This document shows positions 1-10,512 of a stretch of DNA of 64,000 nucleotides, in pieces. The position numbers were made by a program, and so were the translations under genes. Below the pieces are notes generated by a model. That model was given only the letters and a program-made list of their open reading frames with translations, was not told the origin of the DNA and ran no database searches. The stretch is from Candidatus Marinacidobacterales bacterium. GTDB taxonomy: Bacteria; Acidobacteriota; Vicinamibacteria; Marinacidobacterales; SMYC01. Each line of letters starts with the position of its first letter. Position 1 is the stretch's first letter. The DNA lies in the NCBI GenBank assembly GCA_965237955.1, contig OZ250169.1, forward strand, positions 1,696,001 to 1,760,000, in the 5' to 3' direction.

Positions 1-1
1 C

Positions 2-697
2 GTGAAAAACGTCGCCGGCTACGAGCTCATGAAGCTCTTCGTCGGCTCGTCGGGCACGCTCGCGGTGATGACGCGAGCGTTTCTGAGACTGCGCGCGCTC
101 CCGGAGGAGACACGGACCGTCGCGCGTCGATTTTGGCGGTCGTCCGAGGCGGAGCGGGCGTGGCGTGAGCTTCGCGAGCTCCCTCATCCTCCCGAAGTGG
201 CCGCGCTTTTGAACCCGAGCGCCGCGGACGCATTGGACTTGGAAGGGTGGAATCTATTGCTGCGGTTCGAAGGCTTGAGCGAAGAAGTTCAGGGCGCCGT
301 CTCGAGAGCCGGAGGCGAACCAGTGAGCTCGCCGCCCTGGGACGAGATTCGTGACTTTCCCCTGGGTGCGAGTGCGTTGGTGCTGCGCGGTCAAGTCGCT
401 CCTGCGCGCACGTTCCATCTCGCGGAAAGCTGGCAGGATGGCGGACCGCTGGTGGCGTATCCGGATGCCGGCCTCGTCTATAGCCACACACGGGATCCCG
501 ACGCGCTCGCCGATCGTCAGGAGCGGGCGGACGCCCAACGCGGAGGCGTCGTGCTCGAGCGAGCGCCGAGCGAGCTCAAGAAAGATCTCGATGTATTCGG
601 CGAGACTCCAGGCGGTTTCGAGTTGATGCAGAAAATCAAAGAAAAACTGGACCCGAAGGGTATTCTGTCTCCAGGCCGCTTCGTCGGCAGAATTTGA
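2..697 (+). CDS. glcE: Glycolate oxidase FAD-binding subunit, 5'-truncated by window edge
   Basis: KNVAGYELMKLFVGSSGTLAV motif and C-terminal KLDPKGILSPGRF; stop overlaps glcF start (TGATG). Confidence 0.85.
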   Translation: MKNVAGYELMKLFVGSSGTLAVMTRAFLRLRALPEETRTVARRFWRSSEAERAWRELRELPHPPEVAALLNPSAADALDLEGWNLLLRFEGLSEEVQGAVSRAGGEPVSSPPWDEIRDFPLGASALVLRGQVAPARTFHLAESWQDGGPLVAYPDAGLVYSHTRDPDALADRQERADAQRGGVVLERAPSELKKDLDVFGETPGGFELMQKIKEKLDPKGILSPGRFVGRI

Positions 698-1950
698 TGA
701 ACATGATCGAGAGCCACGAGAGCCTGTACCAGAAAACGCTCGCTTGCGTTCACTGAGGCTTGTGCTTGCCGGCGTGTCCGGCGTACGAGGTCCACCCGAG
801 GGAATCGCTCGCCCCGCGCGGTCAGGTGTACAACGTGCGCGCGGTCTTGGAGGGACGACTTCCGATGACCGCAGGCCTCGCGAGCGAGTTCTACGATTGC
901 CTCGCGTGCCGCGGCTGCGAGTCGGTGTGCCCTGCGGGCGTTCCTGTCGGGAACATTATGGAAGAAGCCCGCGGGCTCATGACTCAAGCAAAGACGGAAG
1001 GCGCCCTCTTTCGCTGGGCGAAGAGGTTCTTGCTCTCCGGAGTTCTTGCCCACCCGCGACGGCTCGCGCTGTTCATGACCTTCGCACGCTGGGGGGACGC
1101 GCTCGGCCTGCGTCGGCTCGTCTCCGCTGTCTCACCCGCACTCGGCGAGCGCGCCGCGCTCTTGCCGGCGGTGACCAAGACCCGTTCGCTGCCGGAGCAT
1201 TTCGATCCAATAGGTGAACCACGAAAGCGCGTCGCGCTCTTCGCGGGCTGCATCGCGTCGTATCTGTTTGCCGACGTCAACGAAACGACCGCGCGCGTGC
1301 TGCAACGCAATGGCTACGAAGTCGTCGTTCCCAAAGAGCAGGTGTGCTGCGGCGCCCTTCATCTTCACAATGGCCTTCCGGACACCGGCCGAAAGCTTGC
1401 GGCCAAGAACATTGATGCGTTCAAGGGCGTGGACGCGATCGTGGTGAACGCTGCCGGATGCGGTGCTGCGCTTTCAGAGTATGGGGAGCTCCTGGAGTCG
1501 AATCCAAACGCAAAATCGTTTGCCGCGCGTGTCGTCGACATTTCCGCGTTCCTCGTGCGCGAGGGGTTCGACGCACCGGATGCGGCTCCCGCGAGAGAGA
1601 AGCTGCGCGTTGCCTACGACGCACCGTGCCATCTTTTCCATGCTCAAGGGGTGAAGAGCGAGCCGCGCGAGCTCCTCGCGACAATCCCCGGCGTCGAGCT
1701 CGTCGATTACCGCGACTCCGAGCGCTGTTGCGGGAGCGCGGGCATCTACAACGTCACACATTACGACATGTCGATGGAAGTGCTCGAGAGGAAGATGAAA
1801 GACATCGTCCCCGCGAGGCCGGACATCATCGCAACCGGAAACCCAGGCTGTCACATGCAGCTGTCGGAGGGTGTGAGACGCGCGATGCTGAAAGCGGAAG
1901 TGGTGCACCCCGTGGTGCTGCTGGATCGAGCCTACCAATCGGAGCGCTAA
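697..1950 (+). CDS. glcF: Glycolate oxidase Fe-S subunit (GlcF/GlpC family) with in-frame TGA at 754-756, probable selenocysteine
   Basis: ATG at 697 reads MNMIESHESLYQKTLACVH*GLCLPACP in frame with ORF 760..1950; second cluster motif CLACRGCESVCP; two CCG domains (VCCGAL, RCCGSAG). Confidence 0.85.
759..789 (+). promoter_or_regulatory. SECIS-like hairpin immediately downstream of the in-frame UGA
   Basis: CUUGUGC-UU bulge-GCCGG-loop CGUGU-CCGGC-GUACGAG; apical loop starts 16 nt after UGA and has G at loop position 2. Confidence 0.6.
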
Positions 1951-2045
1951 TCTCTTTTCGCGTAGGCTAGGCTTAATCTACCGAACAAGTTGACGATGAC
2001 GATCACGGCAATCACGGTCGCGATTCCACCGATGAGTGGCTTCAT
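1947..2045 (-). CDS. Possible 32-aa hydrophobic small protein
   Basis: MKPLIGGIATVIAVIVIVNLFGRLSLAYAKRD*, with GGGAG ~9 nt upstream of the ATG. Confidence 0.35.
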   Translation of the reverse strand: MKPLIGGIATVIAVIVIVNLFGRLSLAYAKRD

Positions 2046-2146
2046 GTCCGTTGCTCCCTGACTGAAAGCGAGTTGACTTCAGTGTAAGGGTCGAATGGCC
2101 GAGCGACAACTGCCAGTTTTCTTTTCTGTTGTTGACCGGATGGCGC

Positions 2147-3112
2147 TTACGGAGCCAAAATCAGCTTCCCGCTCGTCTTGCGGCCTTCGAGGAGGCGGTG
2201 CGCTTGTGCGGCGTCGGCAAGGGGAAGTTCGCGATCGATCGTCACGTCGAGCTCGCCTTGCTCCACCCAACCGAGAAGGTCGTTCGCGCGCTCGAGGAGC
2301 TCCTCCCGGTCGAGCATGTAGTGAGCGAGGGTGGGGCGGGTGACGAAAAGCGATCCGCCGCCGCCGAGTCTTGCAAGCTCGAACGGTGCGACCGGTCCGC
2401 TCGACTGTCCGTAGAGAACGAGCATGCCGCGCGGGCGGAGACACTTCAGGCTCTTGTCGAACGTCGTCTGGCCGACGGAGTCGTAGACGGCATGGAGCCT
2501 CGCCCCATCGGTCTCGCGTTGGATCGCCTCTTCGAAATCTTCTTCCGTGTAGCGGATGACGACGTCCACGCCGGCACGTTTACAAGCGTCAGCTTTCGCC
2601 TCGGTGGAGACCGTTCCGAAAACGTGCGCGCCGCGTTTCTTGGCCATCTGCACCAGGAGTAGCCCGACACCGCCGGCGGCCGCGTGCACGAGAACACGGT
2701 GACCTTTCTCGATGGGAAACGTCGAATGAGAAAGATAGTGCGCCGTCAAGCCTTGCAGCATCAACGCTGCCGCCGTCTTGGAGCTGACGTCGTCCGGCAC
2801 GGGGACGAGCTTCCCCGCCGGCACGATCGCAAGCTCCGCGTAGCTAGGGCTCAGGACGTAAGCGACACGGTCTCCCGGTTGCACCTCGGTCACGTCGGCG
2901 CCGACCGACTCGACCACACCTGCTGCTTCGCATCCCGGCGTGAACGGCGCGTCGAGCGGATAGAGTCCGGTACGGTGATAGACGTCGATGAAGTTGACTC
3001 CGATCGACTCGATCCGAACCAACGCTTCCCCCGGTGCCGGTTCCGGAACAGGAATATCATCGACCTGAAGAGCTTCCGGGCCCCCCGGTGAGCGTACCCG
3101 TATAGCCTTCAT
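2147..3112 (-). CDS. qor: NADPH:quinone oxidoreductase (zeta-crystallin/MDR family)
   Basis: GVNFIDVYHRTGLY, PGCEAAG, HAAAGGVG, YDSVG motifs. Confidence 0.92.
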   Translation of the reverse strand: MKAIRVRSPGGPEALQVDDIPVPEPAPGEALVRIESIGVNFIDVYHRTGLYPLDAPFTPGCEAAGVVESVGADVTEVQPGDRVAYVLSPSYAELAIVPAGKLVPVPDDVSSKTAAALMLQGLTAHYLSHSTFPIEKGHRVLVHAAAGGVGLLLVQMAKKRGAHVFGTVSTEAKADACKRAGVDVVIRYTEEDFEEAIQRETDGARLHAVYDSVGQTTFDKSLKCLRPRGMLVLYGQSSGPVAPFELARLGGGGSLFVTRPTLAHYMLDREELLERANDLLGWVEQGELDVTIDRELPLADAAQAHRLLEGRKTSGKLILAP

Positions 3113-3233
3113 GCCGCGAAGTATAACAGCGCCTCGAGGCCGGACGGCAGCATCCTTGCTGGCACCCTCTCACTTTGCTAGCATAGATTGATTGCGTGCC
3201 CCCCCCGAGGGGGGGTGCTGTGAAAGATCCAAC

Positions 3234-4340
3234 ATGGCGAATCTTCCCCTGGCGAACATCTTCAACCGCAAAACCCGCACCACAGTAGGCATTCTCGCCG
3301 TCGCCCTTGGGGTGGCGCTCGTGCTCGTACTCGTCGGGCTCGCGCACGGAACCCTCGACGAGACTTCGGATCGCATCAAGAACGTCGGCGCCGACATCAT
3401 CTTTCAGGCGCCCGGCTCGTCGCCGTTTCTCGTCTTGAACTCTGGCGTCGTCGATGTGCGCTACGGAGCGCGCCTGCTGGACGTTCCCGGGATCGCCGCG
3501 GCCGCACCGGTTCTAACCGGTCGCGTGATGAAGCTCAAGGGAAATCAAAAACTCGTCATGATTTTTGGCGTTGACGAGAGGACCTACAACCAGGTCGGCT
3601 CCGGCATTTGGATTGTCGAGGGCCGTGGGTTGCAGGAGCCCGCGGACCTTGTGGTCGACACGGTTCTCGCCGCCGCCGACGATATCAAGATCGGCGACAC
3701 GCTCCCGATCATGAATCGCGACTTCAACGTGGTCGGTATCTGCAAAGCGGGCGCGGGCGTTCGGATCTTCATGGGCATTACCGACATGCAGACCGCGACC
3801 GCGCAGCCGGGTAAAGCGTCGCTGTTCTTTCTCAAAGTCAGTGACGACTCGACGGTCGCCGACGCGGCCACGGCACTCGAAGAGCGCTTCGAGGGCTATC
3901 AAATCAGAAAACTCGAGTTTTTCACCGAGGCGATGAAGGAGAACGCACTCGGACTCACAGAGTTTGTCAGCGCGCTGTCGATTTCTGCAGCCATCATCAG
4001 CTATCTCGTGATCCTGCTCGCGATGTACACGGCGATTATCGAGAGAACCCGTGAGATCGGCATCCTCAAGGCGCTGGGTGCGAGCAAGGCCTACATCATC
4101 AAATTGGTGATGGCGGAATCGCTGCTGATTTGCGTCATGGGCGTCGGCGCCGGCTTTCTGTTTTCGGTACTGGGGCGCTCGGCGATTCTGATCTTCTTTC
4201 CGACGCTTTCGGTGGACTTGATTCCCCGTTGGTTCGCCATGTCGGCTATCCTAGGCATCACCGGAGGCCTGTTGGGCGCGATCTACCCCGCCTATCGGGC
4301 CGCCAAGCTCGATCCGGTCGAGGCGCTCAACTTCGAATAA
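3234..4340 (+). CDS. ABC transporter permease (MacB/FtsX/LolE-like)
   Basis: N-terminal TM helix, periplasmic domain, [15 protein letters not shown]-terminal [14 protein letters not shown]; ATG at 3234. Confidence 0.9.
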   Translation: MANLPLANIFNRKTRTTVGILAVALGVALVLVLVGLAHGTLDETSDRIKNVGADIIFQAPGSSPFLVLNSGVVDVRYGARLLDVPGIAAAAPVLTGRVMKLKGNQKLVMIFGVDERTYNQVGSGIWIVEGRGLQEPADLVVDTVLAAADDIKIGDTLPIMNRDFNVVGICKAGAGVRIFMGITDMQTATAQPGKASLFFLKVSDDSTVADAATALEERFEGYQIRKLEFFTEAMKENALGLTEFVSALSISAAIISYLVILLAMYTAIIERTREIGILKALGASKAYIIKLVMAESLLICVMGVGAGFLFSVLGRSAILIFFPTLSVDLIPRWFAMSAILGITGGLLGAIYPAYRAAKLDPVEALNFE

Positions 4341-4389
4341 AAGAGTGGGAATAAGAGTTGGGCATAATGGGAATAGAGCCGTCAATCAC

Positions 4390-5127
4390 ATGAGCCAGCG
4401 CGCTGCCGTCTTGAAGACCATCGCTCTACGCAAGGTCTACCGAACGGGCTCGCTCGACGTTCCCGCTCTCCAAGGCATCGACATCGATATAAAAGCCGGT
4501 GAGTTCGTCTCGATCATGGGTCCATCGGGCTGTGGCAAGTCAACGCTCCTCCAGATTCTGGGTGGGTTGTCGAGCCCGACGTCGGGGCAGGTGTTCATCG
4601 ATGGCGTCGACCTCGCGTCGGTTTCGGACGCACAGCGAACCCGCATGCGCTGCCTCAAGATCGGCTTCGTGTTCCAGCGGTTCAACCTGATGCCGACGCT
4701 CACGGTCCAAGGGAACATCGAGATCGCGCGGCAGATATATGGTGGTGAGCCGATCCATCGTGACGAAGTGGGCGACCTGCTCGAGATCGTTCACTTGCGG
4801 CACAAGCTCGACTACAAACCACTCGAGCTTTCGGTGGGCGAGCAGCAGCGCGCGGCGATCGCCCGCGCGCTCGTGAACAAGCCCGCCATCATTTTGGCCG
4901 ACGAGCCCACGGGAAATCTGGACTCCCGCAACTCGGAGCAGGTCCTGCGGCTCCTTTCGGACTTGAACCGCGAAAAGCAGCAAACGATCGTCATGATCAC
5001 GCATAACCCCCAAGCAGCCGAGATGGGGAACCGCATCATCGAGATGCTCGACGGTCAGATCCGAAGCCACGGCACGGTGGCCGAGCTCGTCGAAGAGCCT
5101 GAGCAGGCGCGCTCTCAGGCGCGCTAG
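4390..5127 (+). CDS. ABC transporter ATP-binding protein (LolD-like)
   Basis: Walker [18 protein letters not shown] signature, [11 protein letters not shown]. Confidence 0.92.
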   Translation: MSQRAAVLKTIALRKVYRTGSLDVPALQGIDIDIKAGEFVSIMGPSGCGKSTLLQILGGLSSPTSGQVFIDGVDLASVSDAQRTRMRCLKIGFVFQRFNLMPTLTVQGNIEIARQIYGGEPIHRDEVGDLLEIVHLRHKLDYKPLELSVGEQQRAAIARALVNKPAIILADEPTGNLDSRNSEQVLRLLSDLNREKQQTIVMITHNPQAAEMGNRIIEMLDGQIRSHGTVAELVEEPEQARSQAR

Positions 5128-5133
5128 ACTCCA

Positions 5134-5787
5134 ATGAAGGTGTTGCTTACGATCTCCTTCGTAGCGCTGTTACTCGTCGCCGCTCCCGTGGACGCCGAGC
5201 GGCTCGACGAGATCCTTGCCGAGATGCAAAAAGCCGGAGACGAGCTGAAGACTCTTTCCGCGGATTTCGAGCAGAAGGACTACGACGCCATCCTGGAAGA
5301 TCAAGAAGTCAGCATCGGCAAGCTCCATCTCGAGATGCCGGGACGCGTTCGCTGGGAGCACCTCGAGCCGGCACCCAAGGTGTTGGTCGTCAACGACAAG
5401 CTCGTCCGGCTTTACAACCCCACCGCGGGGCAGGTGCAGGAGTTCGAGCAGAAACAGGCGAGCGGCTCGGGCGGGTTCAATCTACTAATAGGTTTCGGCA
5501 GCAGTAACGACGAGATTGCGAAGAACTATGATGCGAGTCTCCTCGAGGAAACGTCGACGAGCGTGGTGTTGAAGCTCGTGCCCAAGCCGGATTCACCAGC
5601 GTCGATTTTTGCCGCGATCGAGCTCACCGTGGACAAGACGACGTGGACGCCCATTCGCTCCGTCTTTCACGAGTTTAACCGCGATCACACCGACATCGAT
5701 TTCAAGAACGTCGTCGTCAACGGGAAGCTTCCTGGCCATATCTTCGAGCTCGAGCTTCCGAAAGACGTCGAGATTATTCGGAACTGA
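5134..5787 (+). CDS. lolA: Outer-membrane lipoprotein carrier, LolA family
   Basis: Signal peptide, LSADFEQ, PGRVRWE, C-terminal [12 protein letters not shown]. Confidence 0.75.
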   Translation: MKVLLTISFVALLLVAAPVDAERLDEILAEMQKAGDELKTLSADFEQKDYDAILEDQEVSIGKLHLEMPGRVRWEHLEPAPKVLVVNDKLVRLYNPTAGQVQEFEQKQASGSGGFNLLIGFGSSNDEIAKNYDASLLEETSTSVVLKLVPKPDSPASIFAAIELTVDKTTWTPIRSVFHEFNRDHTDIDFKNVVVNGKLPGHIFELELPKDVEIIRN

Positions 5788-6827
5788 TGATGCGGGTGGC
5801 GGCGAAGGCGCGAATCCGGGCACTCGAGCTGTGGAAGATCGGCAAGGGGCTGGTAAACCAACGTCACCCCATCCTTGCTCACATCATTCCCATGCGGCGG
5901 TGCAACCTCGCCTGTACTTACTGCAACGAGTTCGACGACGTGTCGCCCCCAGTGCCCATCGACGACATGCTCCGGCGCGTCGACAAGCTCGGCGAGCTGG
6001 GAACGTCGATCGTCACCATCAGCGGCGGCGAGCCCACGCTCCATCCCGAGCTCGACGACATCATCCGTCGTATCCGCAAGCGCGGGATGATCGCAGGTCT
6101 CATTACTAATGGATACTTCCTGACCCCGGAGCGCATCGAGCGGCTCAACAAGGCCGGGCTCCAGCATCTTCAGATCAGCATCGACAACATTCTGCCCGAC
6201 GACGTTTCCAAGAAGTCTCTCAAAGTTCTCGACTCGAAGCTCAAAAACCTCAACCAGCACGCGAACTTCTTCGTGAACATCAACTCCGTCATCGGGAGCG
6301 GTATCGAGAATCCGGAAGACGCGGTCGAGGTCGCGGGTCGCGCCGTCCAGCTCGGTTTCTCGACGACGCTCGGCGTCATCCACGACAGCGCCGGCAAGCT
6401 CGTGCCGCTGGGTGCGCGCGAGATGAAAGTCTACGACCGTCTGCGGCAACAGGGCAAAAAAAGCTACGCCCGCTTCACTGGGTTCCGCGAGGATCTCGCG
6501 CACGGCAAACCGCATAACTGGCGCTGCCGCGCCGGCGCTCGCTACCTCTATATCTGTGAAGACGGACTCGTCCACCTGTGCTCGCAACAACGCGGCTATC
6601 CGGGAACGCGACTCGAAGACTACACGCGGGACGATTTGCGCAGGGAGTTCGACCGCCCCAAAACGTGTGCCCGGTATTGCACCATCGCATGCGTTCAGAT
6701 CGTGAGTTTGTTCGACAACTGGCGCTCGCCTCAAACCGGCGACCCCTACGTGTCGCGGCGGGCGGAGCCGGCGCCGACGACGGTTCCAGTTGGTACTGGC
6801 TCGGAGCCCCAACACCAGCAAGTTTGA
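5787..6827 (+). CDS. Radical SAM protein with C-terminal Cys-rich (twitch/SPASM-like) region
   Basis: [22 protein letters not shown]; C-terminal CRAG...CSQQRG...CARYCTIAC. Confidence 0.88.
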   Translation: MMRVAAKARIRALELWKIGKGLVNQRHPILAHIIPMRRCNLACTYCNEFDDVSPPVPIDDMLRRVDKLGELGTSIVTISGGEPTLHPELDDIIRRIRKRGMIAGLITNGYFLTPERIERLNKAGLQHLQISIDNILPDDVSKKSLKVLDSKLKNLNQHANFFVNINSVIGSGIENPEDAVEVAGRAVQLGFSTTLGVIHDSAGKLVPLGAREMKVYDRLRQQGKKSYARFTGFREDLAHGKPHNWRCRAGARYLYICEDGLVHLCSQQRGYPGTRLEDYTRDDLRREFDRPKTCARYCTIACVQIVSLFDNWRSPQTGDPYVSRRAEPAPTTVPVGTGSEPQHQQV

Positions 6828-6847
6828 GGCGGGGCCCACACGTGGCC

Positions 6848-8653
6848 ATGGACCTCCAGCAAAAGCTTGACGAGCTCCCTCAAAGCTCCGGGGTCTACAT
6901 GTTTCGCGGGCAGGGCGGGGAGATCCTCTACGTCGGCAAGGCGCTCTCTCTCAAGAGCCGGGTCCGCTCGTACTTTCAAGAGGCACGCGTCGATAGTCCC
7001 AGGCTCGATCGTCTCGTCGAGCGTATCCTCGACGTGGAAGTCGTCGTCACCGATACCGAGCGTGAAGCGCTGGTGCTCGAGAACAGCCTCATCAAGACCC
7101 ACAAGCCGAGATTCAACGTTCTCCTCCGCGACGACAAGAACCATCCCTACTTGAAGCTCACGTTGAACGAGGGCTACCCGCGTCTGTACGTGGTGCGACA
7201 GCCCGGCTCGGACGGTGCGGTTTACTCCGGGCCGTACGTTCCCGCGAGCTTGGCGCGGAAGACCGCGAATCTCGTGCACCGCCTCTTCGGCATCCGCAAT
7301 TGCCGCGAGAAGCTCAACGGCAAACGACCGAGGCCGTGCTTGCAGTATCAGATCAAACGGTGCATCGCGCCGTGTGTCGACGAAATCGTGACTCTTGCCG
7401 AGTATCGCAAAGCGGCCGAAGACGCGAAGTTGTTTCTCGAGGGCAAAAACGATGCTCTCATCGCGTCGCTGAAAAAGAAGATGCTCGAAGAAGCGGACAA
7501 CGAGCGCTTCGAGGAAGCAGCGCGGCTCAGAGACAACGTGCGCACGCTGGATGATCTCGGCGCGCGCCAGAAGATGGCGGGCGTGCGCGGCGACGAAAGC
7601 GATGTGTTCGGTCTCTATCGTGAAGGCGACAACGCGGTGCTTCAGGTGTTTTCGGTCCGTTCGGGGAAAGTGGTGGACCGTGACAGCTTTCTCCTCGAAG
7701 AGCTCGAGGTCCACGATGAAGCCGAGCTCATCGAGGCGTGTTTGAAACAGTACTACGAGCTCGGCCGTTTCCTGCCGTCTTCGATGCATATTCCCGTCGA
7801 CTTTCCCGAGCGCTTGGTCGTGGCCGAGTGGCTGAGCTCGAAGAAAGGCTCGAAGGTCGAGATTCATGTGCCCCAACGCGGGGGGAAACGGAGGCTCGTC
7901 GAGCTCGTATGCCGGAACGCCCGACTCGCCTACGAGCTCGACTTCCGCGAGGAGGGGCGCAAAGCGAGCCAGAGGCTCGATGCCCTCCGCGAAGTTCTCG
8001 AGCTTCCCGACCGGCCCGAACGTATCGAAGGGTTCGACATTTCCAACATCCAAGGTAGTGAGACCGTCGCGTCGATGGTCGCGTTCGAGCGAGGGCAGCC
8101 CAAAAGAAGCGACTACCGCAAGTACAAGATCAGAAGCGTGAAAACGGGCAAACCCGACGACTTCGCGTCCATACGAGAGGTCGTTCTCAGGCGCTATCGC
8201 CGCGTGCTGGAAGAAGGTCGGGAATTTCCAGACCTGATTCTCATCGACGGGGGCAAGGGCCAGCTAAAAGCGGCTCTCGAGGGGCTCGAGGAGTTGGGGC
8301 TTTCCCATCTGCCTACCGTCAGCTTAGCCAAGAAGGAAGAGTGGATCTTCAAGCCCGGCGCTTCCGAGCCTATTGTGCTGGATCAGCACTCGCCGGCGCG
8401 GCAACTCCTTCAGCGGGTTCGGGACGAGGCGCATCGTTTCGCCGTGACGTTTCATCGGCAGCAGCGGAAGGCGCGGGATTTGAGCTCTACGCTCGAGGCG
8501 ATTCCCGGGGTTGGGCCGAAGAAGCGGAGAAAATTGTTGACGCATTTCAAGAGTCTGAAGGGAGTGAAAGCGGCGGGGGTTGATGAGTTGCAGAAGCTCC
8601 TTGGTCCTAAGCTCGGGAAGCAAGTGCATCAGCATATTCAAGAGTTGCTTTGA
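6848..8653 (+). CDS. uvrC: Excinuclease ABC subunit C
   Basis: GIY-YIG (GVYMF...YVGKA), RIEGFDISN, LIDGGKGQL, RDEAHRFA, HhH IPGVGPK. Confidence 0.97.
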   Translation: MDLQQKLDELPQSSGVYMFRGQGGEILYVGKALSLKSRVRSYFQEARVDSPRLDRLVERILDVEVVVTDTEREALVLENSLIKTHKPRFNVLLRDDKNHPYLKLTLNEGYPRLYVVRQPGSDGAVYSGPYVPASLARKTANLVHRLFGIRNCREKLNGKRPRPCLQYQIKRCIAPCVDEIVTLAEYRKAAEDAKLFLEGKNDALIASLKKKMLEEADNERFEEAARLRDNVRTLDDLGARQKMAGVRGDESDVFGLYREGDNAVLQVFSVRSGKVVDRDSFLLEELEVHDEAELIEACLKQYYELGRFLPSSMHIPVDFPERLVVAEWLSSKKGSKVEIHVPQRGGKRRLVELVCRNARLAYELDFREEGRKASQRLDALREVLELPDRPERIEGFDISNIQGSETVASMVAFERGQPKRSDYRKYKIRSVKTGKPDDFASIREVVLRRYRRVLEEGREFPDLILIDGGKGQLKAALEGLEELGLSHLPTVSLAKKEEWIFKPGASEPIVLDQHSPARQLLQRVRDEAHRFAVTFHRQQRKARDLSSTLEAIPGVGPKKRRKLLTHFKSLKGVKAAGVDELQKLLGPKLGKQVHQHIQELL

Positions 8654-8713
8654 GCGCTCGGGCACGGGCACGAACGGCAGCGTTTGTGCTAATCTTCGCG
8701 CGACTCAACCAGA

Positions 8714-9718
8714 ATGACGCAGGCGAAACGCGTTCTCTCCGGGATGCGGCCGACCGGGGCCGCGCACTTGGGGCATCTCCTCGGAGCGTTCCAGAACTGG
8801 GTGGCGATGCAGGACGAGCTCGACACGTTCTATTGCATCGTTGACTGGCACGCTCTGACGACGGACTACGCGGACACGTCCGAGCTCCGAGCGAATATCA
8901 AAGAGCTCGCGCTCGACTTTCTCGCCGTCGGGCTCGATCCGGAGAAGTCCACTCTGTTCGTGCAATCGCATGTTCCTGAGCACGCCGAGCTGCACTTGCT
9001 GCTTTCGATGGTGGTGCCGCTCCCGTGGCTCGAGCGGGTCCCGACCTACAAAGAGCAGATGACGCAGCTGAAGGACAAGGACCTCACCACCTACGGCTTT
9101 CTCGGATATCCGGTGCTGCAAGCGGCCGACATCCTCATGTACCGCGCGGATTTCGTCCCCGTGGGCGTGGATCAGCAGCCCCATGTCGAGCTGACGCGAG
9201 AAATTGCGCGCCGCTTCAATAATTTCTATGGCCAAGTGCTTCCGGAGCCTCAGGTCAAGCTCACGCCCACGCCCAAGCTTCCCGGTACCGATGGCCGCAA
9301 GATGTCGAAGAGCTACGGCAATACCATCGGCCTCGCCGAGGAAGAAGACAGCATTCGCCAAAAGCTCAAAACGATGATGACCGATCCGGCGCGCAAGAGG
9401 CGCACCGATCCCGGAGATCCCGCAAAATGCCCCGTGTTCGACCTCCACAAAGTGTTCTCGACGGAGAAGACGCAAAGCTGGGCCGCCGAGGGATGCCGCA
9501 CCGCAGGTATCGGCTGCATCGAGTGCAAGAGCGCTCTCGCCGATAAGGTCGTCGTGCAGCTCGAGCCCATTCGGAACCGGCGAGCGGACTATGTAAGCCG
9601 GCCCGATGACGTCCGGGATATCTACCGTGACGGTGCCCGCCGTGCCCGCGAAGTGGCGGCGAGCACGATGGCTGACGTCCGGAACGCGGTGAAGCTGGTG
9701 ACGGAGGACCAGCTGTGA
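8714..9718 (+). CDS. trpS: Tryptophanyl-tRNA synthetase
   Basis: SGMRPTG, HLGH (HIGH), YPVLQAADIL, VPVGVDQ, KMSKS. Confidence 0.97.
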   Translation: MTQAKRVLSGMRPTGAAHLGHLLGAFQNWVAMQDELDTFYCIVDWHALTTDYADTSELRANIKELALDFLAVGLDPEKSTLFVQSHVPEHAELHLLLSMVVPLPWLERVPTYKEQMTQLKDKDLTTYGFLGYPVLQAADILMYRADFVPVGVDQQPHVELTREIARRFNNFYGQVLPEPQVKLTPTPKLPGTDGRKMSKSYGNTIGLAEEEDSIRQKLKTMMTDPARKRRTDPGDPAKCPVFDLHKVFSTEKTQSWAAEGCRTAGIGCIECKSALADKVVVQLEPIRNRRADYVSRPDDVRDIYRDGARRAREVAASTMADVRNAVKLVTEDQL

Positions 9719-10512
9719 GCCTGGCCAAGCTCTACTTCGGTCCCGGAACCGTCGAAAGCGGTGACCTCGAGCCCAAGTACCACGTTCGCCTTCCCGTTTT
9801 CGACGGGCCGTTGGACCTCCTGTTGCATCTGATCCGGAAGAACGAAGTCGAGATCTACGATATCCCCATCGCCGACATCACCAAGCAGTACCTCGAGATT
9901 CTCGAGCTCATGGAAGAGCTCAACTTGGATCTCGCCGGCGAGTTCCTGGTGATGGCGGCGACGCTCATCCACATCAAGTCGAAGATGTTGCTACCGCCCC
10001 CGCACGAGGACGGTACCGAGGACGAAGAGACGGAAGACCCGCGGGCGGTGCTGGTCGCACGTCTGCTCGAGTACGAGCGTTACAAAGAAGCGGCGCAGCA
10101 GCTACATCAACAAGAGGAGATCCGCAACGCCACGTGGGCGCGCCCGGATTCTGTTCAACACGCAACCGAAGGTTCCGATGGACACGAGGCGCAAGAGAGC
10201 CTCATCGAGGTCAACCTGTTCGAGCTCATCAGCGCGTTCCGGGAAGTTCTCGAGCGGGTACGCCAGCGCGCCGATCTCATCGTCCACCGCGAGGCGATTT
10301 CCATCGAGGAGATGATCCGGCGGCTGGACGCGCGTCTCCAGGTGAACGAGCAATGCACGTTCGTCCAGCTTTTCGATGACGCAACCGACCGGGCCACCGT
10401 GATCGCGACCTTCCTTGCTATTCTCGAGATGGTTCGTCTGCGCACGTTGAAGATCTACCAGCAGCAGCTCTTCGGCACCATCCATGTCATGCGCTTCCCC
10501 GATGCAGAATGA
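9715..10512 (+). CDS. scpA: Segregation and condensation protein A
   Basis: FDGPLDLLLHLI, EFLVMAATLIHIKSKMLLP, TFLAILEM. Confidence 0.95.
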   Translation: MSLAKLYFGPGTVESGDLEPKYHVRLPVFDGPLDLLLHLIRKNEVEIYDIPIADITKQYLEILELMEELNLDLAGEFLVMAATLIHIKSKMLLPPPHEDGTEDEETEDPRAVLVARLLEYERYKEAAQQLHQQEEIRNATWARPDSVQHATEGSDGHEAQESLIEVNLFELISAFREVLERVRQRADLIVHREAISIEEMIRRLDARLQVNEQCTFVQLFDDATDRATVIATFLAILEMVRLRTLKIYQQQLFGTIHVMRFPDAE

